A stretch of 64,000 nucleotides of DNA from Lingula anatina. Its lineage: Eukaryota; Animalia; Brachiopoda. A program made the translations under genes and the position numbers. Below, one piece after another: positions 1 through 14,759 of the stretch. The stretch spans positions 7,564,001 through 7,628,000 of the forward strand of contig CM120646.1 of the NCBI GenBank assembly GCA_051362555.1, given 5' to 3'. The notes beneath the pieces were generated by a model, which saw only the letters and a program-made list of their open reading frames with translations, did no database searches and was not told the DNA's origin. The stretch's first letter is position 1, and each line of letters begins with the position of its first letter.

Positions 1-879
1 TTTAGGATATAATCGAAATGTCGACCATGGGGTTTGAATTGAACAAGGGGATAATCGTGACGTAATACCTCCATTATAGGGCCTACAATTAAAATTATGT
101 TGTGTAGTTTAATTCCATATGTGTTCATCTGATAACCATTAGGCTTCGTTTGATGTGATACACAGGATATACAACTGAATTAATTGTGTAGAATAAAAAT
201 ATCACATTTACGTAATAAGTGTTTCAAAATGGTTACATCAGCCACGAACATGGGCGTAAATAGATTTCGCCATTACGAAATCCTCAAATTGAGGATCTAC
301 ACACAAAAGATTTTTAAAACACCCATCTTTATATTCTGTTGCCAATATACAGGCATCTGGTCAGCAAGGAAAGAGAGAGAGAGAGAGGACATTTCTTTCC
401 CTAGTTCATGCTTGGTTTTCTTGTTGTCTAAGCATTCTACAAAGAATAATCGAATGCGAATACCATTTGAGAAGAATTGCAATGTTTTTATGTATTATTT
501 GGAAAGAAATGAGGATGCAGGACATGACGTGAACCAGTCCTTTGATGTGTATTTTGTAAGAATTTTTCCTGTTCTTGTCTGTCTTTAACATTATAAGTTA
601 CCTAACAAATATTTATCATGAACAGAAACCTAAACAAATGAATTCTATTATTGTTCCACCGATAAGTAGGAAGTGACGTATGTTAATTCCGTTAATAAAC
701 ATGATTACAGTCAGTTAATATAACCAAATTGGCGTCATTTCAAAAGAAAAATCTATATTACTTGACAACCTTGTACGACAATATAAAATCTCACTACCAT
801 GGTCCAGTCAGTTATACAATAATGATTTTGTTATAGAAGGTACAACTGTTAAGTAACAAAACTTCTCACCATATGCTTA

Positions 880-915
<36 letters not shown>
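880..915. repeat. (AAT)n microsatellite
   Basis: Read directly from the sequence. A similar tract lies at 24058-24090. Confidence 0.9.
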
Positions 916-917
<2 letters not shown>

Positions 918-3900
918 CATAGTTATGGGAATAGAAATAGTTATAATGAAGGTAAAAATAATAATCAAAACAATAATCTTCTTCCTTCTGTCTATCTTAC
1001 TACTACATTACTACTATTTCTAATAATTATAAAAATCCAGATAATAAGAGGAAAAAGAAGAAAAAGAAAAGAAAAAGAAGACGAAACAATTGTTGCTCAT
1101 TTTTCTTTGAGGCTTACAATGGATCAAACAAGTTTATGTCCCCAACATTATCTTATAAGTCAATCTATACTCCGATCAACGATTTATCAAGTTTGTATTA
1201 TTATCAATTTATTTTTTTCAGCGTAAAAGTGATCAGAAATGGAATTTATTCCCTGCCGCATCAGGTGCTCGTATATCATCGTTAGCATCAATTATTTGTT
1301 GCCTTTGAAAAGGCGCCGTGTTATGAGATAAAGACTTATCGATATTAATCAATTTCCCATAATAATGACTCGCTATCTGACTGTATTTACACGCCTTGAT
1401 AGGGCCTGTCTGTTTGTGTGCTCAATAGTGAACTATGAATTATTGCATCAAAAGAGGTCTGAGATATAGTTTAGTGATTAAGTAATTTCTGTATCATTTC
1501 ACAATGCGTATCAAAAAAACCTTTTGATTTTCCAGTGTTGACAATTACAGACAGAAAACACATTCATGCATTTAACTGTTGCTTTGTACATAAAAGAGTT
1601 GATCTATTTTGCAGAGTGATGAAAAGAGTTACACGGCAACATTAGTGCGCGCTGACACGCAGCACAGATAAAGTGAGATAAATAAATAAATAAATTCAAA
1701 TATCTCAATAAAGAGGCCCATTACTGAGTTTACTGAGTTTTAAGATACTGAGATCCCAATAACGGTTCTAATGATTGTTTTATGCATAAAAATCGCTCAT
1801 GTATTTATCTATTGTTTCACTGATGTACTCAGTTAAAGAATTTATGCCAAGATGACACTACGGAGATTATCAAAAGTTATAAAAAAACGATCGAAATATT
1901 TGTTTCCTTTTATTACTCAAAAAAAGGAAGAAAAAAATTTAATCCATTTTAAATGTCAACTCTGCATAGATTTATATCCTAAATCATGAAATCATATTTC
2001 GAAGATTTCGTATGTTGTAAACAAGTGACAGTTAGAAAAGCATCACGTAAAATCTCAAAATGAAAACCTAAATAGACTAAAATAAGAAATTCTGATTTGT
2101 TTGAGGTAAAATTAACCCATATCACGTTATTTTTAATTGTAGGAATAGTACCATACATTTGTAAGGAATAACACCATACATCTGCTATACACTGAACATG
2201 TAAATGTCACATGCACACACATGATGTATAATTATCACTAATGGTGAATTATAAAACATGATATTTTTGGATTAATCACGCAGTATTGGAATCATCTGTA
2301 AGATTCAACCACGCAAGTAAGCAGTTGTTTCACGCATTATATATATGCATGTTTGCACGACATGCCTTGAAAGCCTCTGTAGTATTGATCAGTGACTAAC
2401 GCTATTGAATAAAGAGGATGCATGGGGGGGGGGGGAGGGGGTAATTCTGTGAATAAATGGGTTTGAACATATTCTAAGTGTTTAAACATTTGTCGGACAT
2501 CTTAAGAGTTGAGAATATATTTTCTTGTTAAAAATGATGCTTTTGCTACATGTACGAGATGTGGTTTTGATATGAAGAACGGGCAACTTGAGGAATAAGC
2601 ATACTCATATTTTAGGTGCTTTTTGTAACCATTTGCCAGTTGTTTAAGTTAATCTGAAATTCATTTTGTGTTTTGACATTGATGCCTGTCGAACGGTAGA
2701 TAATTCACGCCAGGTTTTAAGAGTTAATCCGCACAATATCCCACCTACAATTACGTGTTTTGTCTGAGATATTTTGGCAGCGTGGTTCATGGACGATTTG
2801 TCACACACGTTGTTTCTTAAGGGACTCATGAAATCTAATTATATTTTAATTCTAAGATTTGGTCAGTCATACTTTTAGATAGGTGGTCCATTTGGTGTTT
2901 AATTGTCTAAGTATCTTCATATAGTCTGATTCTCAAAGCTTGACTTTTTAGTCTTGTGACCATGTTTTGAAAATGACGACAATCTTTATTACTGACTTAA
3001 ATTTTATGTTAAAACGTATTAAAACACATTTACCACCATTTCATATAAGTTTTCTTTCGGCAATTGAGATTAAAAACATTTGTTATTGAAATAATGCATT
3101 CAAATATTTGCTGTAAGAAAACCCCTTTCGCGTGTCTAATTAATTCTGTTTTCTCCTTCTTTAAATAGAATATAAACACCTTATAAGTTGATGCATGGAT
3201 TAAATAATATTCCTTTCCGAAGACAGACGTGTTCTTCTGTGGAAAAGAACTTTTGTTATTTGCTGCCAAGCATAACACAAGGCACGTACACGTGCTGAAG
3301 GCGGGGTCTTATGTGGGAAGGAAACAGAAAAGGTTTTATTGCGACCTAAAGAGACTAATTAGTTATCTTGTTTAATAATAATAAAAAAACTTTATTGGGG
3401 TTTCCGGAAAATATAAGTGGTTCTCGTTAAGTGAAAATGGCTTACCATAAAACTAACGTAATCATAGGTGCTTTGGTCCAAGTCTCTGTCCTGTTCTAAT
3501 TAAGTTAATCTCACGTGTCACAGTTTCGCAACCTAGCTGTCACATTGTTTGCAGTTGCAGTACACGTGAGAGGTTTCGTGTATGCCTTTTAAAAACTTTG
3601 GAATATACGCCGATGGCCATTTTACACACACAAAAAAAAAAACAAACTCATAAGTGATTTGTCTGTTCCACTGTAAGCAGGCATGCGTGCCTGAGTTTCA
3701 GTCACGGCTCTGAAACTTTCCAAGCGTGTTCCGAGCCATTCAGATGATTAATGCCATATACATAAAATCCTTAAAAAACATTAAGATCTGACGTAACCAT
3801 CACGCCTTTAACAATGACAGCTAGCAACACAGAGGTTAGTATCTTAACATTGGTACCCGAAACTTTCTTTCCTTGTTCAAAAGTGTTTCTTCTGCTTGTT

Positions 3901-4794
3901 TTGGCCACCCAAAGACTTTACAGCAATCGCTGTCATCACCATCACCATTCCAATCATTATCACTGAATTTGTTTATTATTATTATTATTTTATTAAATCA
4001 AGTGTAAACAGAATCCATTTTCTTATACTATCGCAGCAGCCAGTCACGAATGATGGAAAAGGATGAAGGCATTAATGCATGCAAAGATTTTTCCGCTTGT
4101 AAGGTTCAACATGTTGAGTGTATATTGGTACAAATGGATTTGTTGCGTAAAATGGCGCTCAGTTTTGCCCAAACACTGGTGTGTAATTCTGAGCCACGGC
4201 AAGTGACTCTGATCAGAGTGAAATACTGAAAAATGACACATGCACGCACTGATCACGCAATGAGTACGTGATATGCCCAAGGTCATTAACAGAGATTTTA
4301 GAGGCTTTTTATCTTAAGAAGTATGGATTTTTAAAAATACAAAATACTCTCGAAATATGAACTTTCATATCTCTGTAGCACAGAAGATTTAAAAAAGATT
4401 TTTGTCATGGTAAAACAAACACTTGCAATGTGCAACCAAACTACTAAAAACAGCTCAGACATCAGCCAAGGACACTACTTGTAAAATAGTTTAAACAATT
4501 GATATCACTAAGGTCTAGAAACGCTTTCGAGAAAAATATTATATATACATAAAACGGCATAAAAGTATAGTACAGTATAGTATGCTAGTAAATTTGTTTT
4601 TTAAATGATAACTTCGTGTGTATTTACTTTTCCATTTTCCATCCAATGCGGCAAGTTATGCAATGCGTGCATGACGTCAAGACGCAGCATCGACGCAGAG
4701 AGCGTTCGCGTTCCCTAACCAATTAAAGGTCGAGACGTAATTATCATAATTTGTATAGCTTAGGCGCCGGGTGCGTTGCAATGGTTATCCATAT

Positions 4795-4950
4795 AACCGC
4801 CAAAATTTAAACATTTGTTCCTTGGCCCATTTGTGACCTATCCTGAAATTGTCATCAATATCCGCCCATAACGTTTTGCATAATGTTGCGAACAGACAAA
4901 CAGACAAGCTGAAGGGGTCGAAAGCAAAATACCCTTGTCTGGGGTTATAA
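4795..4950. mobile_element. Terminal fragment of a HINE/DINE-like interspersed repeat
   Basis: CTGAAATTGTCATCAATATCCG..ATAAC..TAATGTTGCGAACAGACAAACAGAC..ATACCC TTGTCT GGGGTTAT resembles the core + (ACAG)n + terminal hairpin layout of such elements. Recognised by pattern only. Confidence 0.45.
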
Positions 4951-5826
4951 CTAATAAATCCTTATAAGACTTAAGTCCAAACACGAGGATTACAAAACAA
5001 TTTCCAGGCAAACTTTGTTTACGTTTTCATCGATAAATACGGGGTCAACTGCTGTTTTTGTGGTTACGTGCTACCGTCCTCTGTGTCTCCGCTGTCCTTT
5101 TCCACCAGAAACTGCTGCCTGTTGTCGATTGCACTTTGCAGTGTTGATGCTGTTTCAACCACACACCTTTATGCCATAGTTTGAGATTCAGATTGCAACT
5201 TCTACAGACTTTTAATGATTTCACTTCTTACTTCGTATCAATCAAATGGCTCATTACAAAAAGAGGACAGTAATATCATATTAATTTTAACGTGAAGCAT
5301 TCTTTTCATTGTTATAGTACCACATAGAACGTTTAATAGCTATAGAACATTTGGAAGGATGAAGTGAACCGTGAAATACAATTTTAATATAAGTATACAA
5401 AGGAAAAACTGTTGATCAAATTGTTAATTATTCATCCTCCCACAAAGAGACAACTTTTATGCTTCCATTTTAAAATATTTGCATTTTGTAATTTGAATTT
5501 TGACATGGAAAATAGGAATAATAGACGTGTTCCTATTCGTTATCCAACACAGAGCCGTATATTTAACGCAAATGTATCTTGACAGCATTCAGTGTTTCAT
5601 TTCCTACAATTGGCTTCTCGAACTCTAAAGACTAACCCCACTGACAGTCTATGAGGAAAATGGTGTGAATGAATGATTTAGTTAATTGTGGTGATTTACG
5701 ATCATGGCTCATTTATATTTGACTCTAGGGGTCACGTCAACATGTTCTCATACGCTCATACGCTCAACCACACGGTCTATATACGTGTTTGCGAATACGC
5801 GTACAGCTAGATACGTATTCTTATCA

Positions 5827-6093
5827 CAGGGGCGGATCCAGGATTATTTGAAGTGGGGGTCCGCGGATGCAAAGCCGATCCTTCCCCCCTTGACGTGGGG
5901 TTTGGGGCCCGATGAAGGACCCCTAAAAAGTTTGGTATTTTAGAGGGCGAACGGTGCCATTTGTTACGATTTAGAACTATGATTAACCTAGTCAAAATTC
6001 TAATTTCAAGAGTGGACCATTGGTGTGATTTTTTTCAGAAATCGAAGGGGGGGGGGGTTAGGAATCCCCTGACACCCCCTTAATCCGCATGTG
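5827..6093 (+). mobile_element. hAT-like MITE (CAGGGGCGGATCCAGG terminus)
   Basis: Clearly homologous, in opposite orientation, to 26573-26793. Degenerate right TIR TAATCCGCATGTG. TSD not discernible. Confidence 0.7.
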
Positions 6094-8469
6094 ATGTGCA
6101 CGCCAGGCGTCGGTGCACGTATCAATCATTTGGACCTTTCCAAATGTCTGAAGTTCCCGGGTAGATTCCACTTCGTATAAATACGAACTGTACCTAATGC
6201 AATCCCTGTGCAAATGTTAACTTCTCAAAGATAAATAAATCACTTATTTTTGAGATTCAGCTCCAACAACGAATCTTTCGTAACCATTTCAAACCATCAT
6301 TTATTCTGTTTGTTCATTAGGTAAAGGGGAATTTCTCATTCGCCAGGGACATGGGTAATCTGGAATGCAGCCTGATATATTGGTCGATCATCTGCACAAT
6401 GTGGTCACTTTTGGACACTTGATTTTCAATAAGAGCAACTTTCCATGTCAACAAATTATATAGTACTAGACATAAATAAAACCCTCAGTCAAATATTCAA
6501 AACAATAATGCATACCCAGCGAGCATTTAATATTTTGGTTCCTATTTGGTTATCTTATGACATTGGCCTTACCCAGTGGTTGGGTACTACACATATAATA
6601 TATTAAAATATATGATATATTTTAATGTTTGTGGGAATGTGCAAAACTGTTCACCAAACTAAATAACTCTCACCTTGAGATAACCTTCGTGAAATCTCAG
6701 TTTTGAACATAATATAAGTTTTAAATAACTGTTGCACTTTTGCAGCATATGTATTCCTGGAAAGAGGACACAATTGACCCACATCAAACCGACGTGTAGG
6801 TTCCAAAGCAGAAACACGCTGTATATTTTTAAAGGAGAAAAACGAAGCACTCCTTATTATCTGACCATCCACGAGCAATGTTTTTTCGAAGTTGGAACCT
6901 TTCAACGGGCATTTGAAACCGTAAAACAAATAGCTTTAATTTCCGTGCAGAAGCCACTAAAGTATACCGCAGTACGTAAGATTGTGTCTTGTGCTTTATT
7001 TGTGGAGAACAATTCTGGGATTTAGGATACGAAGAAAGTGCAGGAATGTTTTTTTTTTATAATAGGAAAAAAAACAATGTCTGTTAACAGAATTTTCTTT
7101 TGATAGAAAGTAGTTAGTTCGAAACACATATTATGTTCACAGCACCACAGCAGAACAGAAGCCACGTGTTTGAATAAATGTGTTCGTGTGTTTGCCGTTT
7201 GGTAAAAAAAACACAAAAAAAAAAAAAAAACAAACAAACCATCAAAACATACGATGATCAAATTGGTTCCCCGGTCTAATCTTTCAAACATCCTAACATT
7301 TTTCAAGTCCAATGCACATCTTTTAGTCTAACTCAAAATGTACAAAATATCTTGAATACACGCCAACATACCTTTTAGCGGTTTCAGCTGCTGCACATTT
7401 TATTAATACCAAAATCCTTCATGCAATCCAATGCATTTTCAATGTAGTACATGCAAGTATTTCATTTTTTAAATGGCTTATCTCGTGTCCTATTAGAATA
7501 AACAAATAACAGCGTGCAGAAATGGCATGGCAAATAAAACATTTTCACTTCTTGAATTGGCGGGATAATCGTCTAATGTCCACCCGTCAATTACCATCAA
7601 AACCAATTCTGTTCGTTTAGAACTAGTCGCCTCTTACGAAGCATGCGCAGCCGCTTGATACCTCTCATGAAAGGTCTGTACTTGTTAAACCAATCCTCAA
7701 GAAGTGGTTTCTGCTTCTCAAGTGTTGCAAACGTGACTTTCAAACTGATCAGGGCGCCAATTATCAAATTCAAGTAACAAAGGGGAACTGCAATCAACTA
7801 ATTTAAAGAGACACTATAACTTGGTTTGGTTAATCTGAGACAGTTTAAGCTTTAATCCAAGTAACAGCAAATCTCCATTACCACACTTCTTCGTAAAGAA
7901 ACTTGCGTAATGACTGGCAATATCTGTCTTATATTGATTTTTTGTACTACCGATTCGCGCATGAAAGAGATCAAAGAGAAAGACAAAAACTGAATAACTT
8001 CTGTTTGCTTCATTGGTTTATCAGTCGCATTTTATTGATAATCATGATCTCGTTCATATACCAGGTACTAGTATATGCTGCATCTTCTGGCAATCCAGAT
8101 TCTGTGGTCTGTCGCGTTTTGCAAATGTTGGGTATAATAAAAAATCACCCTTGTTCTATTAAGTCCACTTTAAACTGAACGGCGTTCTTTCTGCGTCCCG
8201 TAATACGGCCCCGTTTGAGACTAATAAAAAATAATACTTGATGTGCCAACAACTGGCAATGATGTCAATGATACTTGTATCTTTTTTCTACGGCTACAGC
8301 GATGCCAGTTTCATGGTCCACAAAGGACGCAGAAAGGATGCCGTCCAGTGTTATATGGGTATTAGGGATGTTCAATTGACGGTTAAGTTAAGTAGGCTGT
8401 AATATTTGTACAATTTTGTTTTTGTACAAGAGAAAATCGTTCAGGGTGGGTGAGCTCACTTCACTCTGA

Positions 8470-8553
8470 ATGCCTGTCTGTCTGCTAGTTGTTCAGCATG
8501 TGTGTCTGCCTGTCTGTCTTTTCGTCCGTTTGTCTGCCTGTCTTACTTTGTGA

Positions 8554-8588
<35 letters not shown>

Positions 8589-9320
8589 TGTCTGTCATCC
8601 TGTCTGCTTGCTTATGTGTCCGCCTGTCTCTGTATCTGCATGCTTGCCTGTTGATCTGCAAGCGTTTCTGGCTGTGTATCTGTCTGCTATACGGTCTGCC
8701 TGCCTGTCTGCCTAACTATGTGTCTGCCTGTCTGTCTGCCTAACTATGTGTCTGCCTGCCTGTCTGCCTATCTATGTGTCTGCCTGCCTGTCTGCCTAAC
8801 TATGTGTCTGCCTGCCTGTCTGCCTATCTATGTGTCTGCCTGCCTGTCTGCCTATCTATGTGTCTGCCTGCCTGTCTGCCTATCTATGTGTATGCCTGCC
8901 TGTCTGTCTATCTATGTGTCTGCCTGCCTGTCTGTCTGTCTAACTATGTGTCTGCCTGCCTGTCTGCCTATCTATGTGTCTGCCTGCCTGTCTGCCTATC
9001 TATGTGTCTGCCTGCCTGTCTGTCTATCTATGTGTCTGCCTGCCTGTCTGTCTGTCTAACTATGTGTCTGCCTGCCTGTCTGCCTATCTATGTGTCTGCC
9101 TGCCTGTCTGCCTATCTATGTGTCTGCCTGCCTGTCTGCGTGTTTTCCTGTGAGCGTCTGTGTGTATGCATGCCTGTTTGCTTGCGGTCCGTCTGCCTGT
9201 GGGTCTGCCCACAGGTATGTCTGCCTGTGGGTCTGCCTACGGGTATGTCTACCTGTGGGTCTGCCTACGGGTCTGTCTGCCTGTGGGTCTGCCTACGGGT
9301 CTGTCTGCTTCTCTGCCTGT
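8470..9320. repeat. Compound (TGTC/TGCC)n microsatellite with a 28-bp minisatellite period and a (TG)n tract
   Basis: TATGTGTCTGCCTGCCTGTCTGCCTA(TC/AC) is repeated through ~8715-9140, followed by GTCTGCCTGTGGGTCTGCCTACGG units. Confidence 0.95.
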
Positions 9321-9506
9321 TCATGTATTTCATCTTTGCTTATTTGTTTTACTACCTGTTCACCTTGCTTCTATTTTTCAAACCGATTTTCCTTTCTACT
9401 CCCACGTTAGACGTTTTAATTTCAACTTCCGGGGTATTTTTATGCTCGCGTCATATCCCGTATAGGCCTTCATATTAATTGATTATAGAAGCTTAAACCT
9501 AAGAAC

Positions 9507-9673
9507 ACGCCCCAGCAAATTAACAACGCAGGGATCATCCCGAGGCTACCTCAGCTGTATTTAAATGGCGATCAGCGTTCGATTCTTTCACTTAAACTTA
9601 AGCCAGCATAGCCGACTCTAGACGCTGGAGAAGTAGTGCCGCCCAGCCCAGCTAACTCAGAGTACAAGTAAGT
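9507..9673 (+). promoter_or_regulatory. Candidate NPF core promoter and non-coding first exon (~9590-9667)
   Basis: TATTTAAA at 9558-9565, Inr-like TCACTT with its A at 9590 (32 nt downstream of the TATA start), locally GC-richer sequence and a consensus donor AA|GTAAGT at 9668. The NPF ATG exon begins with a splice acceptor (20615-16), so an upstream exon is expected. Linking the two is inference. Confidence 0.5.
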
Positions 9674-12179
9674 ATGCTGGAGTGAAAGTGTTGGACTGGC
9701 GTGTCTGTATGTCTTTCTCTCTCTCTCTCTCTCTCGAATGTGAGATAAAGAAAAGGAGAATGTGAATAAGTGGGCTTCATGAAACTTCTAACGTAGTTAA
9801 CTGTGGTAAAAAGTATTTTTTTCCTTCGAGTGACTTTTTGTCTAAAGGAACGTTCGGTAGACTATTTTTGTAACTAAATGTATGTGCATAACTATGCTGA
9901 AAAAGAAATTATTGTTAGTATTAATCATCAATAAGATACAAATATATATCTTTAGTATTCTGAAAATGTTGATTACTTTATATACAAGCTGTTGAGGTTG
10001 CTAAGAGTGGAAGAAAGCCGATAAAAAAGTGCCAAGACGAAAGTGTAATTAACAAAACTAAATCAAATCATAGTTGAAAGAGCTTATTTTATTGCGTGTG
10101 TGATGCCCATAATTAGTATTGAACACAGTAGGACTTGCAAACGTGTCATGTTGTAAGGATCTTTCATGAACCGTAGCGAAGGTTAAGTCGTATATCAGTT
10201 CTTTGGCAGGAGTGTGCAATGTTATTCGTTTCATTTTTTATCAAATCCTCAAGGAACATTTGGAATTGTTCTTAAAAGCCTCAATGTTCAGCATTCTACG
10301 TGCCAAAAAATTAATTCGATATCGACAGTGAATTGTGAGGTAATAGGTCTGTCAAGGGGGTTCATTCCTTTACGTACTTTTACATAATGGTTTTCTGGTG
10401 AACCCCGGGAACGAATTCACTTTAGCTTAATTGCCTTTGCTAATTTTCGATTGTTTAATGATATTGACTCAACTTTTGAGTCACAAGTTATACAAGGACA
10501 TTCTACATTCTAAATATTCCAGAGTTCTGCTCCATTTTCCGTCAATCCTACACGCTGTATTTTTATCGCGTAGCGGCATGCTCTCTCCATTGCTTTATGT
10601 GATGACATAAAAATAGGATCCCTCTTATGTTAGCTCATCATAAATGAGATATTTTAAGAAAGGAATAGGACCTAAAATGAATTAATTCTGTGTAGAAACA
10701 ATCCCATTTGTCGGCGATTTGACAAGGTACATTGAGCGTCTGGCAAAGAACTTAATCTAATTTCATCAGCAAATGTTTACTTTACCTCGATGCTGTTTGT
10801 CGATCAGTACACGTGGAAAAAAGAATTACAAAGAGGTATAGATATAGTTTTTTATTGAGTGTTCGGGCGATTTTGTTTGTCTATCAGATGAATATTCAGA
10901 CGACGTGTTCATTTCTGCTGACATCGAATATACAGGGCTACGTGTAGTCTCGGTTTTTGTGTTATAGACTGCATGTCATATAAACTAAAACATGTACAGA
11001 ATCACGTTAATGCTTACAGTTCATTTACTGTTTGAAAAGATAACCAAAGAGAAGTTCTGGTAATGTTACGATACAAATAATGCACCAAATTCTGACAAAA
11101 TATCCATTGTCTAGGCCAAGAAAATGAGGTATATTATGATATTAATAATTACCTAAAAATAAGCCTGCTCAAACACTAAAAACCAAGACCAAAAGAGTGC
11201 ATTTCTTTATTTAATAATAATATCAGTCAGCAAGATTGCCCAACACCAGGAAGTTCGTGAGTAGGGTGCCTTTTTTTTAGCTTTTGTCACAAAAGATTGC
11301 AAGAGTATTATTAAACAACTTCTTGAATTGCCAGTACCATTCACAAGTCGAATCACATAGGGTGCTTGATATTTGTATTTTAAAAATCAAACCTTACGGG
11401 CAAAATAAACCAAAATTGGGAGCATTGTCAGTATCTGAGACGAGATGGCTCTATTCTGAAAGCCTTCCAACGGTTCACTGACGTATATAATGGCATTACT
11501 GCCGTCCTTGCTGTCTGCTACTTAGTTATATACCGACATTTTGCTCAATTCGTACCAATCAGTGTAACTTAATGGGCTTAAGCGAATTGCAATATCTATT
11601 TGAATGGTAGGTCGACGACAGCACTAACCCAATCGTAGATGTTGGCAGTTTGAGCTGAGTGTTTGTCTGATGATGACTTTGGTGAACCAAGGTGACGACC
11701 CTTTTGACAACCTCATGTCACCTCCATAATACAAACAGAACATGGAAAGTCGGGAACAAATGTCATATTGAAAGGGTAGTGTATGAGAATAGCTTTGTCA
11801 GCCACTTTTTCTTGTAATGGCGTTTGATGAAACGGTGTGTGTGTGTGGGGGGGGGGGGGGGGGAGGGGGGTATATGGATGTATAGATTTATTCTTCCATT
11901 TCTGCAAATTATTTTGTCTTTTCATTTCCTGTATTTCGATCTATCTTACCCAGCAAGCAACCCTAAGAAAGGAAAAAAGAAAGATTTCAGATCTCCAAGT
12001 TTATAAGTAGAGGTAATTAAATAATGCAGATAATCTAAAATGTGCCCCAAAATGGTCATTTTAAAAATAAAAATTAATAAAATGGCTTTCCAATGTATTG
12101 TTTCCATTGGCAATTGCTGTTTGTCCCTTATTATTTCTGTTCTATATAATTAGTTGGCCAATTAAGTCAATTACCTTCG

Positions 12180-12284
12180 GATTAAAAGATTAAGACGCCT
12201 CCTCTTTTTAGCATCGTACGTATATATAATCACTAGTTTTTCCATATTTAACTCAACGACAAGAGGCGTATTAATCTCTTAATC
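12180..12284. repeat. Short inverted-repeat element (MITE remnant)
   Basis: GATTAAAAGATTAAGACGCCTC pairs with GAGGCGTATTAATCTCTTAATC. Confidence 0.55.
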
Positions 12285-14759
12285 TGATTACATTCAGCGA
12301 GAGTTCCCGAGGATTTGGATCGTTCTAGTTTTATTTGGTAAGAGTCTTTAACTTCCAACCGGAATTCCATCACATTAAAGACAGTTGTTAGTTGGTGTTC
12401 TCTTCATATAGGGTCCTTGTTTCAAGTCCAAGTGCTCAATTAATCTACACTAGGGTAAAGAAGGGGCCTCTTCCGGTCATTTAATATGATACTGAGGCAA
12501 TTGCAAAGATATAACAGCTGTTTTGCGTGGGGAAAGTGGTTCTGCATTTTTCTTGACGCAGGCACGGGCATTAAAACTTTTATGTCTCCTCCATCCCAGT
12601 GTACCACAAACTTTCATAGTCCCATTCAAAACAAGAAAGAAGGAAACAATTTAAGACTGCCAATTGTTCGTGATTTGGCCAAACAAGGCCGCTTTTCAAA
12701 TTGTTGCCTGCATTAAATGTTATTGCCTAAACTTTTCTTTGTTGGGGTATTATTCAACCGTAAACAAAAGGCATGATAAGCTTTTATTGCATACCATTTT
12801 GAGCGGGTTACATTTTACTAATCAAGGAATATGGAGGCGTTCTGATAATCCCCAGGCATTACTGAGCTCACAACTCGTGTTTAAAACAACTTTAAAACCG
12901 CTCATTGGCAAAAATGTTCATTAGTTTGGTAGTTGGATTATGGATAATAATTATGAGCAACCCACGTTAGTCTGTTGAAGGACTAAAATCAGGCTGGCCG
13001 CAAGCTCACGACAGGAGAGATATTTTCAGCTTGCTAAATAATTATCATCTATGAACGTCAAAGCCGTATATACGAAATAGTTATGTAATATCCGGCACCT
13101 ATTATATGCTCTGTAACCCGAAAATACTTCATAGGCAGAAGTGTTAATAGCATTACAACCATATCCAACAAAAAAGTCCGTCGTGGTTTTTTTTTCTCGA
13201 AATTTACTTCGCAAAAATAAAATCAGAAAATAATGTTTATTAACATGCATCTCTAATGTGATAAATATTCGTCTATGAGCATGGAATTTGTTCTTGCATT
13301 ACAAGAGTGCGGACGCATTTACCAGTAATGATTTCGTCTTTTTAGATTAGAAATCTTTTTGTTATGCTAATCTGGTGAGGCACTGAGCGAGGGTTTGAAC
13401 AGTTCCCAGGCAGGAGGAAAGATGTTCGTTTTGGAGTCCTGTCCCTGCCACTCCAACGTTCGTCAGACATCGCTTAGTCTGTCTGTCTAACAGGTTTGAT
13501 ATTTTGGCAGCTTGCTGCCTTTGAAAAGTTTAGTCGTCGTTATAAATATTTTAGTCATGTTTATCTGCTATCATGTCCCGTTTCCTCGTGACTACGACAG
13601 CCGCAAAATATTGGCTAAGCTCACAAATCTTTATCGTTCTGTGTTTTTCACACTAAACCAACGTATTCCTATTTATACAGTCAGGTTGGAGAATACTTTG
13701 GGCGCTTTGGTCGCAGGGAATCGCCTGGGGACGCAAGATGGTGCCCAAATGACCTCAATGGTCGTCCTTGCGACTTCTTCTGATCTATTTCGCTCTGCAC
13801 TTATTGCCTAGAAATTTCTTGGTGTATGGAACTGTATGTTTTGCCTCCTTAAATTTCATTTTCCTACGCCTTTGGCTGCAGCAGCCAGAAAATGTGAATT
13901 AATGAAAATTGCATTTTACCCTGAAAAGACTGAAAATTACTTTATTGAGTGACGTTTGGTTGCATTTAGTTGCGAGCAACATTTGCCAAAAAGAAATAAA
14001 TATGAAAAGGCTATGTCCTAGACAAAACTTTTGCCTTCTCAAAAGATAAATGATTTGTAAAATTCCTTAGAGACTGCGTAGGAGCTGCATTAATACACTA
14101 ATACTTAACCTTTTATGCCGTCTTCTATGATGGAAAGACACTCACTGAAAAATTGGGTTTCCGACAAGGTTCATACAGTGGCTTCCAGTGGTATTTTGTC
14201 TTCGTAAGTAAATTAGATGCCAGTCGTCAGTAGATTAAGGTTGCTGAAATTGCCTGTTAAAGATAGCGTCTTTCTCATTGCTTGACGAACTGCGTTGTTT
14301 TCTGTGAGAGGGGGTTTAAGAGGATCGAAAGGAGTGCGTTCTGACAGTGTGACGTTTTCCAGCAAAGTCACATACCGGACCTCTATATCCAGTTTGTAAT
14401 CGGAATAGCATAGGCAAAATCTTAATGAAAGTTTAAGAGTACCGTGTATGAACTTGTAGATATACATGAATGTGTCACCGGAAATGGAGCTGCTTGAAAA
14501 ATGTCATGATGGAGTGAATAAAGGGATTAAAAGTCCCATGACACTCAAAATTCCACAATTAAACTATTTTAAACAACACATAGAAATAAAATAAATTCCA
14601 TTTCACCAACGTGGACTAGAAAGATGGCTACCCTCCTTAATAATCTTTTAAAAGATCACTAGCGCGAGAAACAATCTTCCCGATTGTGATATCTACATCT
14701 TATTTCGTTAATAATGGAGTAATTTAACAAAATAACCAACCTGTTTTTGGCCGGCCTAG

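Noticed and set aside
184-588. 134-aa ORF, and the similar 128-aa ORF at 34050-34436
   Set aside because: Non-ATG starts, composition typical of random AT-rich DNA, and no domain similarity or exon signals.
8489-9478. Long Cys-rich ORFs (up to 234 aa, CLPACL repeats) resembling metallothionein or keratin-associated proteins
   Set aside because: They are translations of a (TGTC/TGCC)n minisatellite that is open in several frames, with no splice or codon evidence.
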